Source of the DNA: Eledone cirrhosa
Taxonomy: Eukaryota
Assembly (NCBI GenBank): GCA_964016885.1
Contig: OZ024745.1
Coordinates: 8,680,001-8,744,000 of the forward strand
Direction: 5' to 3'
Length of the DNA stretch: 64,000 nucleotides
Of the stretch, positions 42,049 to 56,194 are shown in pieces. Within the stretch, counting starts at the first letter, position 1; every line of letters begins with the position of its first letter. The notes beneath the pieces were generated by a model. The model was not told the origin of the DNA. It searched no databases and saw only the letters and a list, made by a program, of their open reading frames with translations. Position numbers and translations under genes: made by a program.

Positions 42049-43152
42049 ACTAGGGCTATAACACCCCACTTGCCGATTTTGCAATGGGTAACCCCTGCTT
42101 GCCAAGGAAGACGTAAGATCTTCTTTGTATTCTTTTATCGCTTCCTTTATTTCCTTCCCCCCTCTCTCCTTTGTCCTTCTACCCCAGCTCTTCTCCTTTG
42201 TCGGCGTCTTTTCTCGCCCACCCGAGGCTGCCCTTTGGCCCCATGTAGCCTTAGTACCCCCACCACCCCCTCCCCTAGTCTATGATAGATTTGGCGGACT
42301 CCGCCCTTTATAGCAGTTGGCTTAGACCCCGGATACTTGCCCCCTTTTTCCGACCGCTCCCACTATTCTCTGTGCCCTCTATATTTCTTAGTGGCACTTA
42401 TGCCTTATTTTTTCGTTTCAGTATTTCTTGCTTCGCTTTTCTTCTGGGCGGGGTGGATTCTGAATTTATTTTTCCGTATTCTACCTTTATTTCGTACGAA
42501 CTTTCATGTAGCTTGTTTTAGATCTTTTAGAGTTAGCATTAGTATATATTTTTCTCGGGACTCAGAATTATTATCTCGTACAAGTTCACTTTGCTGCACT
42601 GGGTCGTTGCTGGCCCGGGATGGAAACCTTTATTGTTTATTTCGTGGTAGTCTCTTTAGTATTTTGGCCCCTTTTGTTGACCCGTCACCGTATCATTTAC
42701 GTACTTATACCTCTTAAAAGGGTCCTTGCCTATACCGTCCCACCTAGTTCTTTTACTTATTTCCTTATTTATTTATTTATTTATTTATTTACTTCTTTCT
42801 TTCTTTATTTTATTCTCGCCTAACAATAGCCTGACACCTAGGTCGTAGAATTTAATTTACTTTACTTTTTTCTTTACACTTATTTGCTTTTCTTCACTCT
42901 CAGTATTTTTTCTTTCCTATTTCTACCCCCCCATTGTTCTACCTACCGTTCCGACTTCCTCCCCCTCCCCCTCCCCTGTATCTTCTTTGACCTCATGCCC
43001 AGCTGTAGCTGGCACTACCAACGCTTGATTGGGTCTACTCCACCCCTCCCCTCTTTCTCCTACTGGCAGGTTTAGCCACCATCTCCCCTACTAATTTGCA
43101 ACCACAGAATTACTACTGATTTTTGACAATCACTTTGACCATATATGGAATT

Positions 43153-43246
43153 ACTCCTTGAGAAGATCGGCTATTTAAATACCAGGATAAATTTTCATTT
43201 AGTCCAGAATTAGCCGTCGAAACGGCTTGAGCTCAGCTGTCGGGGT
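43153..43246 (+). ncRNA. Family-B hammerhead (U3-A8) in the 3' pLTR
   Basis: Same as 39617; one C-to-T change in stem I retains a G-U pair. Confidence 0.75.
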
Positions 43247-43256
43247 CTTACTGGTT

Positions 43257-43328
<72 letters not shown>

Positions 43329-43444
43329 TTAGTTAAGCAAAACAAGACCACAAATTTCACAAGACATTCATTATTAAAAGATTGTCAACATATTTTAGTT
43401 TGATGTAAGGAATGTAGAGAATAATAATAATAATATTAATAATA

Positions 43445-43627
43445 ATTGTTTCTACGTTAGGCACAAGGCCAGTATTACCCAGTGTATTACTGGTACTTCA
43501 TTTTATCGACCCCGTAAGGATGAAAGGCAAAGCTAACCTCGGCGGGATTTGAACTCAGAATGGCAAGGGCCGTAACTCTATGCGTCAAAGCATGGCGTCC
43601 GACCCTCTACCGATACTGCCAATCCAA
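43445..43627 (-). mobile_element. Full-length tRNA-SINE inside the left arm of family C
   Basis: Same family as 3350; AATAATATTAATAATAAT on both sides (TSD-like). Confidence 0.85.
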
Positions 43628-45175
43628 TCCAATAATATTAATAATAATAATGTCCGTTTACAATTGTTTCGCTACTCCATATACTATTTTTTCTGGATCA
43701 GATGACTATATATCATAATTGATCTGGTTCAGTTGAAAATAATTAACATATTTAAAAAACAGAGTGGCTCATCGGAACTTCAAAGGAATATAAATTAAAA
43801 TAATGGGATAATGTTACATAATATAATGTTCCATATATTGGTTTTTACTATGGTGTCTTGGTTGCATCAGTTGTCAGCCATAATCAAGCAGTATTCATCT
43901 GTCGAGGCTGCATTGTGTGAGATCTGCCTATGGGTAACAAGATGGCTGCCAAAGGGCATATTTACCTTACTAATTAGAGGGTGGTTTCAGGGGAGGTAAC
44001 TTCTCGAGAGATTAGATCTCAATGCTATCAGCAAATGAGGAGATATTTATAAACCACGCACAATATTATAATAAGGCTCTCTCTGAATCTGGTTATAAAC
44101 AATCAATTTATTACATACCTAAATGCCATAACACAGCAATTCACCATAATAAACTTAACACTAGAACTAGAAATACCTTAGCATATAGCCAGATTCGCCG
44201 GAATTTTAGCAGTAACAGCACCTATACAGGGATCTTTAATGGTGGCAGCGGCCTGCTCCCCACTCCATGTAGCAAACTAAAAATCAACCCTAGAATAGGA
44301 ATGAGAAATGGGATGACAAATAACAAATCCCCAAGTAATAATAACCCTAGGAAGGCCCCTACCAACTCCACTAGAACCCCTAGAAGGAATAGACATAGAA
44401 ATATCACCTGGCTCATCTAATCTAGCCACTAATATCCCCAAACGCTTCTTCTCTATCATATCCCCCCCCCCCAACCATAGATATTACAAACTCTTTAATA
44501 AAAATAACATTAAAATCTCATCTCCACAACACCTAACCTAGCTAGCCACATCGCGTTCAGTAACCATCATAAGCTAAGACAGTATAACTCCCACACCGCA
44601 GTACCACCACCTCTATCAAATACACCACGCCACTATACCAATAATCACTCTAGTAGCACACCTCCCCCATCTAATCCTTCTAGCACGGATCTACCGCTTA
44701 AGTTAAACAACCCTACTCTCACTAACCGCAGAAGCAACTGCAACTGCCGTTACCCCAATGCATGCCCATTAAATGGACACTGCCTGACACCCAACATAGT
44801 CTATAGGTGCACGGTTGAGACTGCTTCGAATACCAGCTCTTATATCGGGTCTACCTCTAACCCTTTTAAGGTACGCTATAACGCGCACTCTTTTTCCTTC
44901 CGAGACCCTAGCAACAGATGTTCGACATCGTTAGCTAGGTTCATTAAAAACCTTAAATTAAACAACGTTCAACCCTCTAATTAGTAAGGTAAATATGCCC
45001 TTTGGCAGCCATCTTGTTACCCATAGGCAGATCTCACACAATGCAGCCTCGACAGATGAATACTGCTTGATTATGGCTGACAACTGATGCAACCAAGACA
45101 CCATAGTAAAAACCAATATATGGAACATTATATTATGTAACATTATCCCATTATTTTAATTTATATTCCTTTGAA

Positions 45176-45296
45176 GTTCCGATGAGCCATTCTGTTTTTT
45201 TAAAAATGTTAATTATTTTCAACTGAACCAGATCAATTATGATATATAGTCATCTGATCCAGAAATATTATATGGAGTAGCGAAACAATTGTAAAC
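45176..45296 (+). ncRNA. Degenerate hammerhead of the family-C pLTR (CCGAUGA core, long loop II); mirror copy at ~43657-43780
   Basis: gtt-CCGATGA-gccattctg...tggagtagc-GAAA-CAATTG-TA-aac; palindromic ACAATTGT; stem I only 3 bp. Confidence 0.55.
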
Positions 45297-45529
45297 GGAC
45301 ATTAGATTAACTTTGCCTTTCATCCTTACGGGGTCGATAAAATAAAGTACCAGTAATGCACTGGTATAATTGCTGGCCTGGTGCCAAAAGTAGAAACAAT
45401 TATTATTAATATTATTATTATTATTCTCTACATTCATTACATCAAACTAAAATATGTTGACAATCTTTTAATAATGTCTCCCTTGTGAAATTTGTGGTCT
45501 TGTTTTGCTTAACTATGAATATTTCCAGC

Positions 45530-45645
<116 letters not shown>

Positions 45646-45745
45646 ATATATATATTAGAGCTGGAAATATTCATAGTTAAGCAAAACAAGACCACAAATT
45701 TCACAAGGGAGACATTATATACATATATATATATATATATATATG

Positions 45746-45954
<209 letters not shown>

Positions 45955-45968
45955 GTATATATATATAT

Positions 45969-46038
<70 letters not shown>

Positions 46039-46152
46039 GTATATATATATATACATACACACACATATATATATATATATATGTATATAAAATCAAGGTT
46101 TAGCAAATGTTTTAAAATAAATTTTAAAAAGTTCGCTGTTCTTACTATATGT

Positions 46153-46247
46153 ACCCTTACCGCGCGGTTTCAAATCCCATTCAAATCCCCAAATAAATGG
46201 ATAATCCAGGCGGACCATCATTGAGAAGGGGACTCTCGTCAGAAGGT
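46153..46247 (-). ncRNA. Type-I hammerhead ribozyme with expanded loop II, in a ~280-bp island between (TA)n tracts
   Basis: acctt-CTGACGA-gagtccc...gggattt-GAAA-CCGCGCGG-TA-agggt; palindromic ACCGCGCGGT; GUA triplet. Confidence 0.8.
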
Positions 46248-46364
46248 TCTTCTCGCTCGGAGAATATAAAATTCCCGAGTTCAAATCACAAACTGGCGTC
46301 ATACAAAACTGACTGTTCCCGGATGAGAGTAAATGAGGAAGGAACCAATTTTTTGTCTAGTGCC

Positions 46365-46451
<87 letters not shown>

Positions 46452-46454
<3 letters not shown>

Positions 46455-48563
46455 TGAGATGAATATCTCCATTGAAATTAATTGAAATGCCATTAATCCG
46501 TCCCGGGGCCCCAAAAGCCACTGCAATTTCTTTTTCTTTTGTTACGTGTTTTTAAATAAGAAAAATGTACATATAAATAACGAATATTGTATAAAAAATA
46601 ATACCATAGAATGTGCTGCAATAAACTGATTTTTTAAAGTATAATGTACAGCATCTATCTTGGAGATCAGATGACTTGAGGATATTGACGGAGGTGGAGG
46701 GGAGAAAGGCTGAATTGAATAACTGAATCTTATTTGCTGATTTTTGCCCTTTTCGCCATGCTTTCCTCACTTTTATCTACAGGAGTTTTCGATAAAAACC
46801 TGTCTAATGGGGTTTGTTTTATCCTCCCCCTCAGAATGTTTCTGAAATGTGTCATTAAATAGCGCCGTCGCACGCCCAGTTGCAACTTTTTCTTGGTGTT
46901 TCTTTTGAATAAAGTCTGAAAGTTTCTTCCCCATTCCCAATATTTCCTTTATCTCACTTGTAGAGATAACCTCCTCCGTGTCACCTATTTCCTGCAAAAC
47001 CTCCGTGTGCTGCTGCATCTGTAGCTCCTTTAGCTCCTTCGTTGTCAGTTCCTCGGAGTGTTCCTTGATGAGCTCGTTCATGTCACCTTTATCCATATCC
47101 AGGCCCATAGACTTACCGAGAGATACAATCTCTTCCACCACTGCCGCTTCGGGTTCGAGTCTTTCAAAGTCCGTTTTAGACACAACCTCAGGCCACAGCT
47201 TCTTCCATGCAGAGGTCAAGGTCCTCTTTGTAACACCCTGCCAGGTCATATCGATAATTCTGAGGCATATCACGATGTTATAGTGGTCCTTCCAGAACTT
47301 TCGAAGGGTGATGTTTGTGCTCTCCGTCACCTCAAAGCAGTGGCAAAACAGGTGCTTGGTGAAGAGCTTCTTGAAATTAGAAAGCACCTGCTGGTCCTTG
47401 GGCTGCAGGATATGGGGTGGGGGGTGGGGGTGGAAGGTGGAGAATCTTTATAAACTTGAACTATTCGAGAAGGGCTTGCAGGGGTAGGTTATTTTTCTGG
47501 AGATATTTCTTAACGTCAGGACCAAAGACCAAATTCACCCACTCCACAAAGGATTGCCTGGTGATCCACGCCCTCGGGTTTGCCCTCCACACAACCTGAA
47601 GTTTTTTCTTTCAGAATCTTATGTGACTTAAAGGCTCTGGGGTTTTCCGAATGATAAACGAGCAGCGGCTTAATCTTGCAGTCGCCGCTCACGTTGGTAC
47701 ACAGTGTGAGGGTTAACCTATCCTTCATGGGTTTGTGGCCAGGCACCCTCTTCGCCGCTGCCGTTGTATAAGTCCGCCTTGGCATCTTCTTCCAAAAAAG
47801 TCCTGTCTCGTCACAGTTGAAGACCTGCTGAGGGATGTATCCTTTGGCTGCTATAATACCGGCAAAGGGTTTGAGGTAATCCTCAGCTGCCTTCATAGCT
47901 GCGCTCACTGCCTCACCATATCTGACAACGGAGTGATTGCCGGTCCTCTTTTTAAAATTCTCGAACCAGCCCCAACTGGCTTTAAGCGGTTTTCTCGATG
48001 CCTCGTCTATCGAAGTACCTGGGGTCTGCTACAGCAAATCAGCGTAAATAGCTAGTGACTTCAAATTAAAGCCTTCGTCACGGTACCTCCTGCGAGCTGC
48101 TTCTCCGTCAACCACACCATCAGCAGCTTTTCCATATTTTCATGGATAGATGTCCGGTGTTTAGAAATTATTTTAACTCCCTTAGCTGGGGTTATAGCCT
48201 TTATCCACACCTTCTTCAGTATTGTGCAGATCGTAAAAGTGCTACACTCGTACTGCTTCGCCAAGTCGACTGCACACATACCTTGGTCGTTTTTCGATAA
48301 TTTCTTTCTTTAATTTAATGCACATCATCCGTTTCTTCTTCTCAGCGCTGTCCTTCGCGCTCATTTTCTTCGGGCCTATGGGATGCTGGGCGGATATTAC
48401 GGCGTTCACTGTGGCGGTCGCTACGCCAACTAGCGGAGGGATATCTGAAGCTGGCTCGTAACCCGAATTTTAGCTCGCAACTCAAAGCAAAAAATCTGCG
48501 GAGAGACGGTTCGTATCTCGAAAAACTCGTTGGTTGGGACACTTGTAAGTCAATGTACCACTG
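46452..48563 (-). mobile_element. Tigger/pogo (Tc1-mariner) DNA transposon, transposase pseudogene
   Basis: CENP-B-like HTH (GPKK..KKEIIEK, MEKLLMVW), QVFNCDETGLFWKKMPRRTY, KDRLTL, AWKKLWP; TIR CAGTGGTAC... ending at 48563 with flanking TA; the other TIR was not found. Confidence 0.9.
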
Positions 48564-48689
48564 TATATATATAAGGAAGAACGGACAAAAAAGAAAGAGG
48601 CAAAACAAAAAAAATAATTTTTTATGGGGAAATCTTAAAAAATTATTTTTTAAAAACAAAAATATAAACGACCTATATATAAACATATA

Positions 48690-49760
48690 ATAATAATAAT
48701 GAAATTATTGTGTACAGTGTCCAGGTGCACTACAACTCAGCAAAGGTGCATGTACAGTACATAGAATAATATGCAAATGTAAAGGAAGTGAATAGTGTAT
48801 GAGTCATGATATACATGTGTGCGTGTGTATGGAAGGGGAACATTAGGTGTAGTGTTGGCGAATCTCAGGAAGCATGGAGGCCTTAAAGGATGCAGTGTCT
48901 CGACAGCTAACAACTGATGCAGGTAGTTTGTTCCATGCTTTAGCAACTCTGAGCATGAAAAAATGTTTCCGAAAGTCATGGGAACTGTGCTGTTTTCTGA
49001 CTTTGTGGGCATGTCCACGTGTGTTAGATACATGGAAATCAAAAAGGTATTCAGGGTTGTTGTTGGCAAGATGGTTAACAATTTTGTGGGTGTTTACCAA
49101 GTCAGTTGCCAGACGTTGGGGCTTCAATGTATCCATGCCTAGAGTATGGTGGATGCCTGACGGAGGGTATTCGCTTGACTGCACGTCTCTGAACAGTTTC
49201 TAGGCGGTCAATGTTCTGAGCAAGATAGGGGTTCCAGACTGGTGATGCAAATTCTAAGTGTGGCCGCACCATAGCTATATACAGCTTTAAATAGATAGCT
49301 GTAGAGTGGCTGACAAAGGTCTTACTGAGTGATGCTAAGGCACCCTCGGCCTTGTTGACAATTTTAGAGATGTGCTTCGTCCAACGCAAATCGCTGCTGA
49401 CAGTAATGCCCAGGTCACGTTCACAAGAAGACTTCTTGATATCAGTGTTGTGGAGGGAGTATATGGACGCTGGGTTTTTACTCCCAAAATGCATGGTGGT
49501 ACACTTGTCCACAGCCAGCTTGAGTTGCCAGTCCGTAATCCATTGTTGCATTGTGTCCAGGTCAGATTGCAGGTAAGATCTATAGTATTCAGGTTCTGTC
49601 CTTTTTATCTCAAGGTACAGCTTGATGTCATCTGCATATTTAAGTTGGCACCTATGTCATTAATATATGCCACAAACAAAAGGGGCCCAAGAACAGATCC
49701 CTGTGGTACACCAGATGACACCTCAGACGGTGAGGAATGCTGTCCCAGAACCGTGACTAC
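48690..49760 (-). mobile_element. CR1/L2-type LINE 3' fragment
   Basis: [56 protein letters not shown]; (ATT)n tail. Confidence 0.9.
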
Positions 49761-49781
49761 CTCTCTTCACATATATATATA

Positions 49782-49867
<86 letters not shown>

Positions 49868-50332
49868 AATAGTTGAACCAATTATCGTTTCTAAATAGTT
49901 TCAAACTCGGCTTTGGGTTTATTCTTTAATGTAAAACAAAATATGACTGTTGTTGTGTTATATATTTATTGTGTTATATATTTATTGTGTTGTATATTTA
50001 TTTTCGTTCGTTTAATATCATCACCTCATTCTTTACATTGTAGACACTTCTAAACCATAGGAAAACAAACCTATCCTTTGTTTAAGTATTTAGGTCCTCA
50101 GAACTCAGTAAAACGACGAGGACAACAACAACAACAGCAACAACGGCAACAACAACAACATCAGCAGCAACAACAACAACAACAACAACAACGGCAACAA
50201 TGACAAATATAATCATTAGAAACAAGGCGTTATGTCGCAAGAAAAAGAAAGTCCTGTAAAAATCGATGTTGGCCATTGAGAATTAAGAAAGCAAGAAAAA
50301 AAAAAGATCGGAAGAAAAAAAAGAAAGAAAGT

Positions 50333-50392
<60 letters not shown>

Positions 50393-50453
50393 AGAGAAAT
50401 ACAGCAGAATAACCCCCACCACCCTCACCACCGTTCAGTCTTGATATGGGTGT

Positions 50454-50515
<62 letters not shown>

Positions 50516-50535
50516 TCATATATATATATACACTC

Positions 50536-50583
<48 letters not shown>

Positions 50584-50996
50584 TCATATATATATACACT
50601 CATGTATATATATATATATATATATATATATTCTTACACATATATATATATATGTGTGTGTTTCTGTGTGTGTGGGTGTGAACATACATATTTATCTATT
50701 GATGATTGAGAAAATCAATTCTTTTATTTCATCCCCCCCCACACCTCTCCCCCTCTCCCGCTACCTCTCCCCACCGCCTTCTCCCCCTTCTCTCCCCGTT
50801 CCCCCTTCTCCCCCCTTCTCTCCCCGTCCCCCCTTCTCCTTCCCACCTCCGCCTTCTCCCCCACCTCTCCCGCCACCTCTCCTCTCCCATCTCTCCCTCA
50901 CTCCCCCCTCACCCCCTCACTCCCCGCCACTACTTCCCTATACAGCTTTCATCACCTCATCATCCTGTATTACTTCATTTGAATATCATGCACACT

Positions 50997-51028
<32 letters not shown>

Positions 51029-51197
51029 CACATACGCATGCATATATATATGCATACACACACACACGGAAATATACCTATATATATATATGTACATACA
51101 CACATGCATTGATAATATACATATATCTATATAAATATATACATTAATATATATATATGCATATATATATATATATGCATATATATATATATATATA

Positions 51198-51279
<82 letters not shown>

Positions 51280-51398
51280 TATATATATATGTATGTATAT
51301 ATATATATGTATATATATATGTGTGTAGTGTATGTGTATATATGCATATATATATATGCATATATATATATGCATATATATATATGCATATATATATA

Positions 51399-51474
<76 letters not shown>

Positions 51475-51845
51475 TACACTACACACAGATATATATATAT
51501 ATACATATATTTATGCATACATACATTACACACACACACATATATATTCATACACATTCATGTACATTGCTACATATTTATACTTATATATATATAGCCA
51601 CATAGAAGTATATAAGAGTGGCCGTCTGTGTGATTGTATGGAAACCTATACGTATCTCTAACGACGTCTGTAAATATTCAAAAGAAAGTGACTCATATGT
51701 TTAATAACATATATTGTTAGCTAATTATAAGATTGTAAAGACATCTACAGCTCAATATACGAGAGAAATAAGGTTGGAATTGACATCCATACTGAATTAT
51801 ACTCCTCTTGCAAATACATAACCTCTTTCTACACAATATCTCTAG

Positions 51846-51943
<98 letters not shown>

Positions 51944-51987
51944 GCGTGCGTGTGTGTGTGTGTGTGTCTGTCTGTGTCTGTCTGTGT

Positions 51988-52019
<32 letters not shown>

Positions 52020-52043
52020 CTGTCTGTGTGTGTCTGTCTGTGT

Positions 52044-52077
<34 letters not shown>

Positions 52078-52164
52078 CTGTCTGTCTGTGTGCTATATAC
52101 ACATTGAATACACGTCTTTCTATGGACATATATAATTAAGTTCATTGTGTATATATTGTATGTC

Positions 52165-52370
52165 CTAGTGGTAAGGGTGTTGGGCTTGGGTTCGATTCCT
52201 GGACTGGGTTGTGTGTTCTCAATATACTCAACTGAAAACGAGCACCAACAATAGCTGGGGACTTAACGCTGGGATGGACTTGCATTATATCCGGGGGCTG
52301 GGGTCTTGTACACTCGCTTCACGCCACCAAACCGGGATAAGAACCAGCTTTAGGAGCTTCCGGGCTTCAG
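52165..52370 (+). mobile_element. tRNA-SINE (second family, V-domain-like), decayed
   Basis: A/B boxes TAGTGG...GGTTCGATTCC; body homologous to 52620-52907. Confidence 0.65.
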
Positions 52371-52619
52371 ACAGAGAGGGTTATATATTCCTGATGATTT
52401 CTTTTGAATGAAACAGTTCTAGTCCTGTAGAGGTAATTTCTATATTAAATTTGATGTTTACACTCTACTAATGTATTGAGTACCTTGATTACTGTGTTTA
52501 TATATCTTTTTTTAAAAACAGAAATGCATACACAGATAAGGACATATACATACATATCTATATTCATTTATATATGTAGGCATGCATATATGTATGTGTA
52601 TACGTGTATGTATTTATGT

Positions 52620-52907
52620 TTATATATATATATATATCAGTCTAAAGTCTGTCTTAAGCCAGAAGGCTCATTTGACCGGTGCTTATCCCGGTTTCATGGT
52701 GTGAAGCGACTGAGAGTACAAGACTCCCCCCTGGACAGGACGCCAGTCCCTCGCTGGGTTAAACTCCCAGCTATTGTCGGTGCTCGTTTCAGCTGAGTAT
52801 ACTGTGAAATCAAGTGTTTTGCTCAAGAACACAACACGCAAGCTAGGAACCGAACACAACATTATGACCGTAAGTCCGACAACCTCACCACTAGGCAGCG
52901 TGCCTCC
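52620..52907 (-). mobile_element. tRNA-SINE (second family, V-domain-like)
   Basis: Head GGAGGCACGCTGCCTAGTGG..GTTCGGTTCC, GTGTTCTTGAGCAAAACACTT core, GGACTGGCGTCCTGTCCAGGGG. Confidence 0.75.
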
Positions 52908-52976
52908 ATATATGTATGCATATGTATATATATACATATATATATATACATATATATATATATAGTTTTCCATCTA

Positions 52977-53033
<57 letters not shown>

Positions 53034-53262
53034 AACGAGTAGGACCCCGACGATTGAGCTCAAGCCGTTTCGACGGCTAAATCTACTACCCTAAGTATTG
53101 AGTACTTTGGTGCGTTATGGTCCACCTGGTTATATATATATATAACGAAGGAAATGTGGTAAGGAACCAGGTGGACCATAACGCACCAAAGTACTCAATA
53201 CTTAGGGTAGTAGATTTAGCCGTCGAAACGGCTTGAGCTCAACCGTCGGGGTCCTACTCGTT

Positions 53263-53314
<52 letters not shown>

Positions 53315-53327
53315 ATAGATGGAAAAC

Positions 53328-53358
<31 letters not shown>

Positions 53359-53503
53359 GTATATATATACATATGCATACATATATGGAGGCACGCTGCC
53401 TAGTGGTGAGGTTGTCGGACTTACGATCATAATGCTGTGTTCGGTTCCTAGCTTGCGTGTTGTGTTCTTGAGCAAAACACTTGATTTCACAGTATACTCA
53501 GCT
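52791..53503. repeat. About 340-bp inverted duplication of SINE head + microsatellites + rearranged family-B pLTR
   Basis: 52791-53131 is the reverse complement of 53165-53503. Confidence 0.92.
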
Positions 53504-53529
53504 ATATATATATATATGTATGTATGCAT

Positions 53530-56150
53530 GTGTATGTATGCATGTATATGGTCCTGGGTATGACATAAAACTGCATCCAGTGGTAAGCTCCAGTTCGGGA
53601 GTTCAGGTGCTGTGGGGAATGTGGAGTTACCCCTTAGTTGTTATCGCTCCCAGGTCTGTTCTGGCCCGGAGTAGTAGCACCTGTTAGGGCCCCATCTATG
53701 GGTTAAATAATTACCTTATTCGAGTAGCGCCGGTAAGGTATTGTCAACTATTGAAAAGAACGATGGAGAGTGTATTTAACAACACTAGGGTTAGAGCCCC
53801 TAATTACACTGTCAAGGAGCAATCTGGTTGTTATGACTCTGCTGGCTTAGAGCCACATGGAGGGCCAGTGGATGATGGGTCAGCTGTCTCTGAGACAAAT
53901 ATAAATAATATAGTTTTGTCCTGCAGAAGAGCCATCAAAATGGGCACTTTGAATATGAGGACTATTCTGACGCTGGAGAAGAGAGAGGAGTTGGGTCATC
54001 TGTTCGAAGAGAGTGGTATACAGATACTTGTGATCCAAGAACACAGGATCCTACACGATGAACCCGTGAAGTGAGTGATGATTGGGATGAGGAGCCAGCT
54101 CATCACCACATCAGCAATGAGGAACACGACGAATGCTGCAGTAGGGGGAGTGGGTTTTCTTTTCAGTGCAAAAACCAATCTATTGGTGAGGGAAATCATA
54201 CCTGTCTCCCCACAAGTGTTGAGGGTGACCTTCAATGGAAACCCCTATCTCAGCCTATAGACCAACCGAGGGAGACAGTGATGTGAGTCCAGAGGGGTTC
54301 CATGAGGAAGTGTGTAGAGCTGTCAACACTACACCATCTCATAACATCCTGCTTGTTCTGGGTGATTCAATGCACATCTGAGTAAGGAGAGCAGTGAAGA
54401 TATTTGCTGGTACTTCCATAACAACGCCAACCGAAATGGAAGACTACTGAGGGACACCCTGCTGGAGGCGAACTTGATAGCAACCAGCCTAAGGTTTAGG
54501 AAGAATCCGGGGAAGATGTGGACCTACATCTCAGATATGCACCTGTCCAAGTCCCAGATTGATTTCATTCTGGTGAGGAAAAAGTAGCGGAATAGTGTTC
54601 TGAACACAGAACCATACAATTATTTCAGTACACTGGGCAGTGACCACCGGCTTGTTATGAATGAGGTCTGGGTGAGCTTAAGAAAGAGCAAGGATCAGCC
54701 CCGGAAAGCAATCTATGACTGGGGAGCTTTCAAGAAAGATGATAAGCTACAGGAGAGGTACACAAAAGAAGTGAGGAACAGGTTCAGTGCTCTGTGAGGA
54801 GAAACAGAGGAGAGAGAGATTGGATGAACTGAGGAGAGTGTGACGAGGAGGTACGAAGAGGTGTGATTTTAATTATATCATCCTGGAGTTCTGTAACCAG
54901 GCTCTGGGTAAAGGCGTTGCCCCAAATCAGTGGAAGATCAGTAACATCGTCCCAGTGCCAAAGAAGGGAGATCTCTCTAACACCAACAACTACAGAGGGA
55001 TCTCACTGAGGTCACTTGTGGTAAAGACCCCCCAACCGGATGATTCTTAACAGGATCCAGCCCGAGATGGAGAAGAAGCTCAGGGACAACCAGAACGGCT
55101 TCAGAGAGGTAAGATCAACCACCAGTCACATCCTGGACATTAGAGGGAGCTAAAGCAAAGAGCCTTCCTGCTGTCATGGTTTTCATTGACTTTAGGAAGG
55201 CCTTTGATTCTGTGGACCGTCACTGCCTGATGAAGATCTTACAGGCTTATGAAATCTCCAAGAAGCTAGAGGACCTGATATCACTGCTCTACACCAACAC
55301 CAAATCCCGAGTCATTACACCTGATGGGATGACGGAGTTCTTTGAGATACTGGCTGGAGTGCTCCAGGGAGATACATTGGCTCCTTATCTTTTTATCATC
55401 GCAGTGGACTATTGTATGTGCCTTGCGCTGGAGAAACATTAGGACTCTGTCTTTATTATAACACTGGCTCAGAGCAGGAGAGTTAAGACGAAAAAGCTAT
55501 CAGATGCCGAATTTGCTGACGACATAGTTCTGGTGATGGAGGCAGAGGAGTTGATGCAGGAGGTGGAGACTGTGTTGATGAATGTGGGGCTGAGAATGAA
55601 TGAGATTAAGACGAAGTATCTGGTAGAGAACATTAAGAAGCCAGAGAAGATTATGAATGTAGGCCAGAAGATGCTAGAGTGGGTTGCAAAGTTTGGGAAC
55701 ACAGCGGATGATGTGGTTGAGAAGAAGAGCAAAGCCTGGGCAGCGTGCCACAGCTTGAGATCGGTGTGGAAGTCGGACCTTCGTAAAGACCTGAAAACCC
55801 GTCTCTCTGTTGCTAGAGTAGAGTCTGTGCTGCTGTACAGGTCTTAGACTTGGACACTGACCAAGAAACTCACTCAGATGGTGGATGGGTGCTACACGAG
55901 AATGCTGAGGATGGCTCTGAAGATTAATCAGTATATACAGAGGATGAAGAACTCAGAGCTGTACTGGAGCCTCCCAAAAGTCAGCTCGAGAGTGGCACAG
56001 AGGAGACTGGGGTTAGCTGGACATGCTCACCGACATTCAGAGTTGACACTGCACTCAGTAGTCCTGTGGGAGCCCCTACACGGACACACTAGAAGAGGGA
56101 GATCGAGGATGACATATGTTGATGCCCTAAGGACAGACACAGGTCTCTTG
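53530..56150 (+). mobile_element. RTE-X/RTE-type LINE, internally deleted and decayed (APE + RT)
   Basis: GTLNMRT, ILVIQEHR, SDHRLV (APE); NYRGISL, FIDFRKAFDSV, GVLQGDTLAPYLF, EFADD, LAGHAHRH. Confidence 0.88.
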
Positions 56151-56194
56151 CAAAGGAAAAAAGAGTGCTATATGTATAGAACAGAGCTATTTAA

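Larger units (their letters stand above)
36615..43260 (+). mobile_element. PLE family B complex: inverted 5'-truncated copy (36615-38716, minus) + 5' pLTR (38718-39804) + ORF + 3' pLTR (42254-43260), in (TA)n
   Basis: The inverted arm mirrors 41243-43260 plus further pLTR tail; direct pLTRs of about 1 kb; (TA)n flanks. Confidence 0.95.
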
